Shown piece by piece: positions 62,042 through 64,000 of a stretch of 64,000 nucleotides of DNA. Location of the stretch: positions 57,155,864 through 57,219,863 of the forward strand of contig JASCQW010000098.1 of assembly GCA_030264375.1 (NCBI GenBank). Direction: 5' to 3'. Position numbers and translations under genes: made by a program. Below the pieces are notes generated by a model. The model was not told the DNA's origin. It made no database searches and saw only the letters and a list, made by a program, of their open reading frames with translations. Source of the stretch: Carcharhinus longimanus. Taxonomy: Eukaryota. Within the stretch, counting starts at the first letter, position 1. Each line of letters begins with the position of its first letter.

Positions 62042-62163
62042 TATATCTATGCCTAATTGGTTTCCACTCTCACCATTCTGCACCCCACTCTGCAAATGGC
62101 ACCAGGAGTGAAGCAACATCATTAATATGGGTCTGCATATTATGTGCTATTATGAAATATTTA

Positions 62164-62461
62164 AGTGTTTATTTATTAGTGTCACAGTAGGCTTATACTA
62201 ATACTGCAATGAAGTTACTGTCAAAATCCCTAGTGGCCACACTCCAGCACCTGTTTGGGTACACTGAAGGAGGATTTAGCATGGCCAATGCACTAACCAG
62301 CACATCTTTTGGACTATGGGAAGAAACAGGAGCACCTGGAAGAAACCCACATAGACACAGGGGAGAATGTGCAGACTCCGCACAGGCAGTGACCCAAGCT
62401 GGGAATTGAACCCAGGATCCTGGTGCTGTGAGGCAGCAGTGCTGATCACTGTGCCACCGTG
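62164..62461 (-). mobile_element. V-SINE, alternative-tail subfamily
   Basis: gtttatttattagtgtcacagtaggcttata ... cactgtgccaccgtg. Confidence 0.88.
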
Positions 62462-64000
62462 TTAAATATGAAGACTTGTGTAAGAAAATATACAATTTGA
62501 TGTCTGGATTATACATGTGCATATAATCCTGATATCCAGCTATTTATATATTTTATGTATATTCAGATTTGAAGGGAGCATAATAGAATATGAAATAATA
62601 TATTTTTACAAACTATCTAAGGAACGTAACATTTAAATGTGAATAACATGCAGTTTCGATGTTCTCTCGTAATTTATCATCAGTGATGAATCTGTTCAGA
62701 TTCAGTCATAATAAACATCACATTGTGAGTGGGAGTCATTTAGATTTGGGAGCTAAATTGTTTGACAGCACTGACATTTTCTCATGCTCGCTCTTTGGCA
62801 GCAGAGAATGTTTACCACTGCTGTACCCTGCTGCTGTGCATTCTTCTTTACTTGCTAAGGCCAGCAGGTCTGGCAGTGGATTTCTGTACAGCCAGTTGGA
62901 TCAATTTTGCTTTAGGATTGGTAGTGTGGACTGGCAACTTTAAGTATTAGTCTGTGCTGAGCTTAGATGTGTCCAGGTTGCCTAGTAATTTTAACAGTAG
63001 AGAATTCAAGTCCCAGAGTCACTTGAAATTGACTGCATTGATGTGGGCAATTTAGCCAGTTCACAAGTGCTTTCTTAGATATGACAGTAGGCATCAGTGC
63101 AGAATGCCGGTGGGAATACTGCCAGAATCGATCACAATTTTCAAGTGCATGTTGGCATGTGTTCAGAATGTATTCTACACTTGTGCAGGTAAATGCGTGA
63201 AAGGTTGAGTCCAATAATTTTATTATGAATCTACAGAGACACTCCAACTGTTTTGCAAACACAAACGTGATCACAAATACAAGATGAATGCAGAATAAAA
63301 CCAGTTGATCCATTAAATATGCCCCATTGAGCCACACTGCAACTAAGCAACATGAGAGGCAGGTGAAGCGAGTAAGACACTGCCTTACCTCAAATTCTCT
63401 GTGTGATTATGAGAGTGGGGAGCTAGTGTCATCATTGGCAGCAATTCAGCCCATCCATGGCACGACCAGTGTCGAATGTCCCCTGTAGCAACTCACTTTG
63501 GCAGCCATCCTCTGAAGAGTCCTGACTTACTTTCTCTGGCCGATTTTGGGGCAACAGCTGCAGTCACAGATGACGAGGCTTAAGGGGTCACAAACAACGA
63601 GAATTTGGAAGGTTCAGACACCCTGAGAGTGTGCTGGGTGCAGGTCCAGAGATGTCCAAGTGCTATTCCTCCACCCTTTGGGTGCTCTAAGTCTCCTGAC
63701 ACTTTGAGGGGAAGGGACACCCGGAAGGAGATTAAAGTGACCCTTCTCCCTCTTAAATAGCCAGTGGAGAAGCTCACATGGCTACAGCATTGGAGTGCAA
63801 GTTTACGCACATCCCAGGCAGAATCTGCTGGAATAGGTTCTCCATAGAAGTCAGCATCTCTCAAAGTAATCTCCGTGCATGTACAGGTTGGCACCACTTT
63901 ATCAGCCAGAAGGCAGATGGCCTCCTCAGCCTCACATGCTATCCTCTTAACTGCCTACATCCCTGCCTGATATTCACCTGCCTGTCCAGTATTTCTTGGA

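Noticed and set aside
1105-62461. Recurrent similar short ORFs (e.g. VAQWLALLPHSARNLGSIP...GHCLCGV) and tRNA-like A/B boxes
   Set aside because: These are translations and heads of SINE copies, not a peptide gene family or tRNA genes; no complete cloverleaf is seen.
1105-62461. Antisense bias of V-SINEs (8 minus versus 4 plus)
   Set aside because: The sample is too small to distinguish from chance.
1-64000. CRISPR arrays, operons or other prokaryotic systems
   Set aside because: No regularly spaced repeat-spacer structure; the sequence is vertebrate intron/exon DNA.
60813-64000. Next TENM4 exon (EGF4, expected VDC.DP.CS..G)
   Set aside because: Candidate acceptors (e.g. ttttcag at ~61140, and gtggactgg at ~62926) do not give a Cys-patterned frame; the exon probably lies beyond the window.

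Overview
This is eukaryotic (vertebrate) genomic DNA, almost certainly from a shark, judged by abundant HE1-type V-SINEs and CR1 LINEs. It covers an internal part of the teneurin-4 gene (TENM4) on the + strand. Eight coding exons (3965-4220, 5338-5436, 18608-18846, 33620-33790, 40517-40731, 45442-45652, 58303-58404, 60618-60812) all have AG/GT boundaries and splice in frame into 1488 nt. They encode the end of the intracellular domain, the transmembrane helix, the juxtamembrane Ig-like/linker region and EGF repeats 1-3. The gene start and end lie outside the window. The introns are full of mobile-element debris: V-SINEs with two alternative 3' tails, other tRNA-SINEs, CR1 and Rex1/Babar LINE fragments, PIF/Harbinger-type Myb/SANT pseudogenes and MITEs, a Gypsy gag relic, solo-LTR-like pieces, and several Penelope-like elements. 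The most notable non-obvious signal is a set of minimal type-I hammerhead ribozyme motifs with palindromic stem III carried by three Penelope-like families. One is a young, palindromic, TSD-flanked insertion whose core falls in an assembly gap, nested in a SINE inside a Harbinger relic. Family names are from recognition of sequence motifs, not from database searches, and repeat boundaries are approximate. Nearly all ORFs in the supplied track are spurious or TE-derived.
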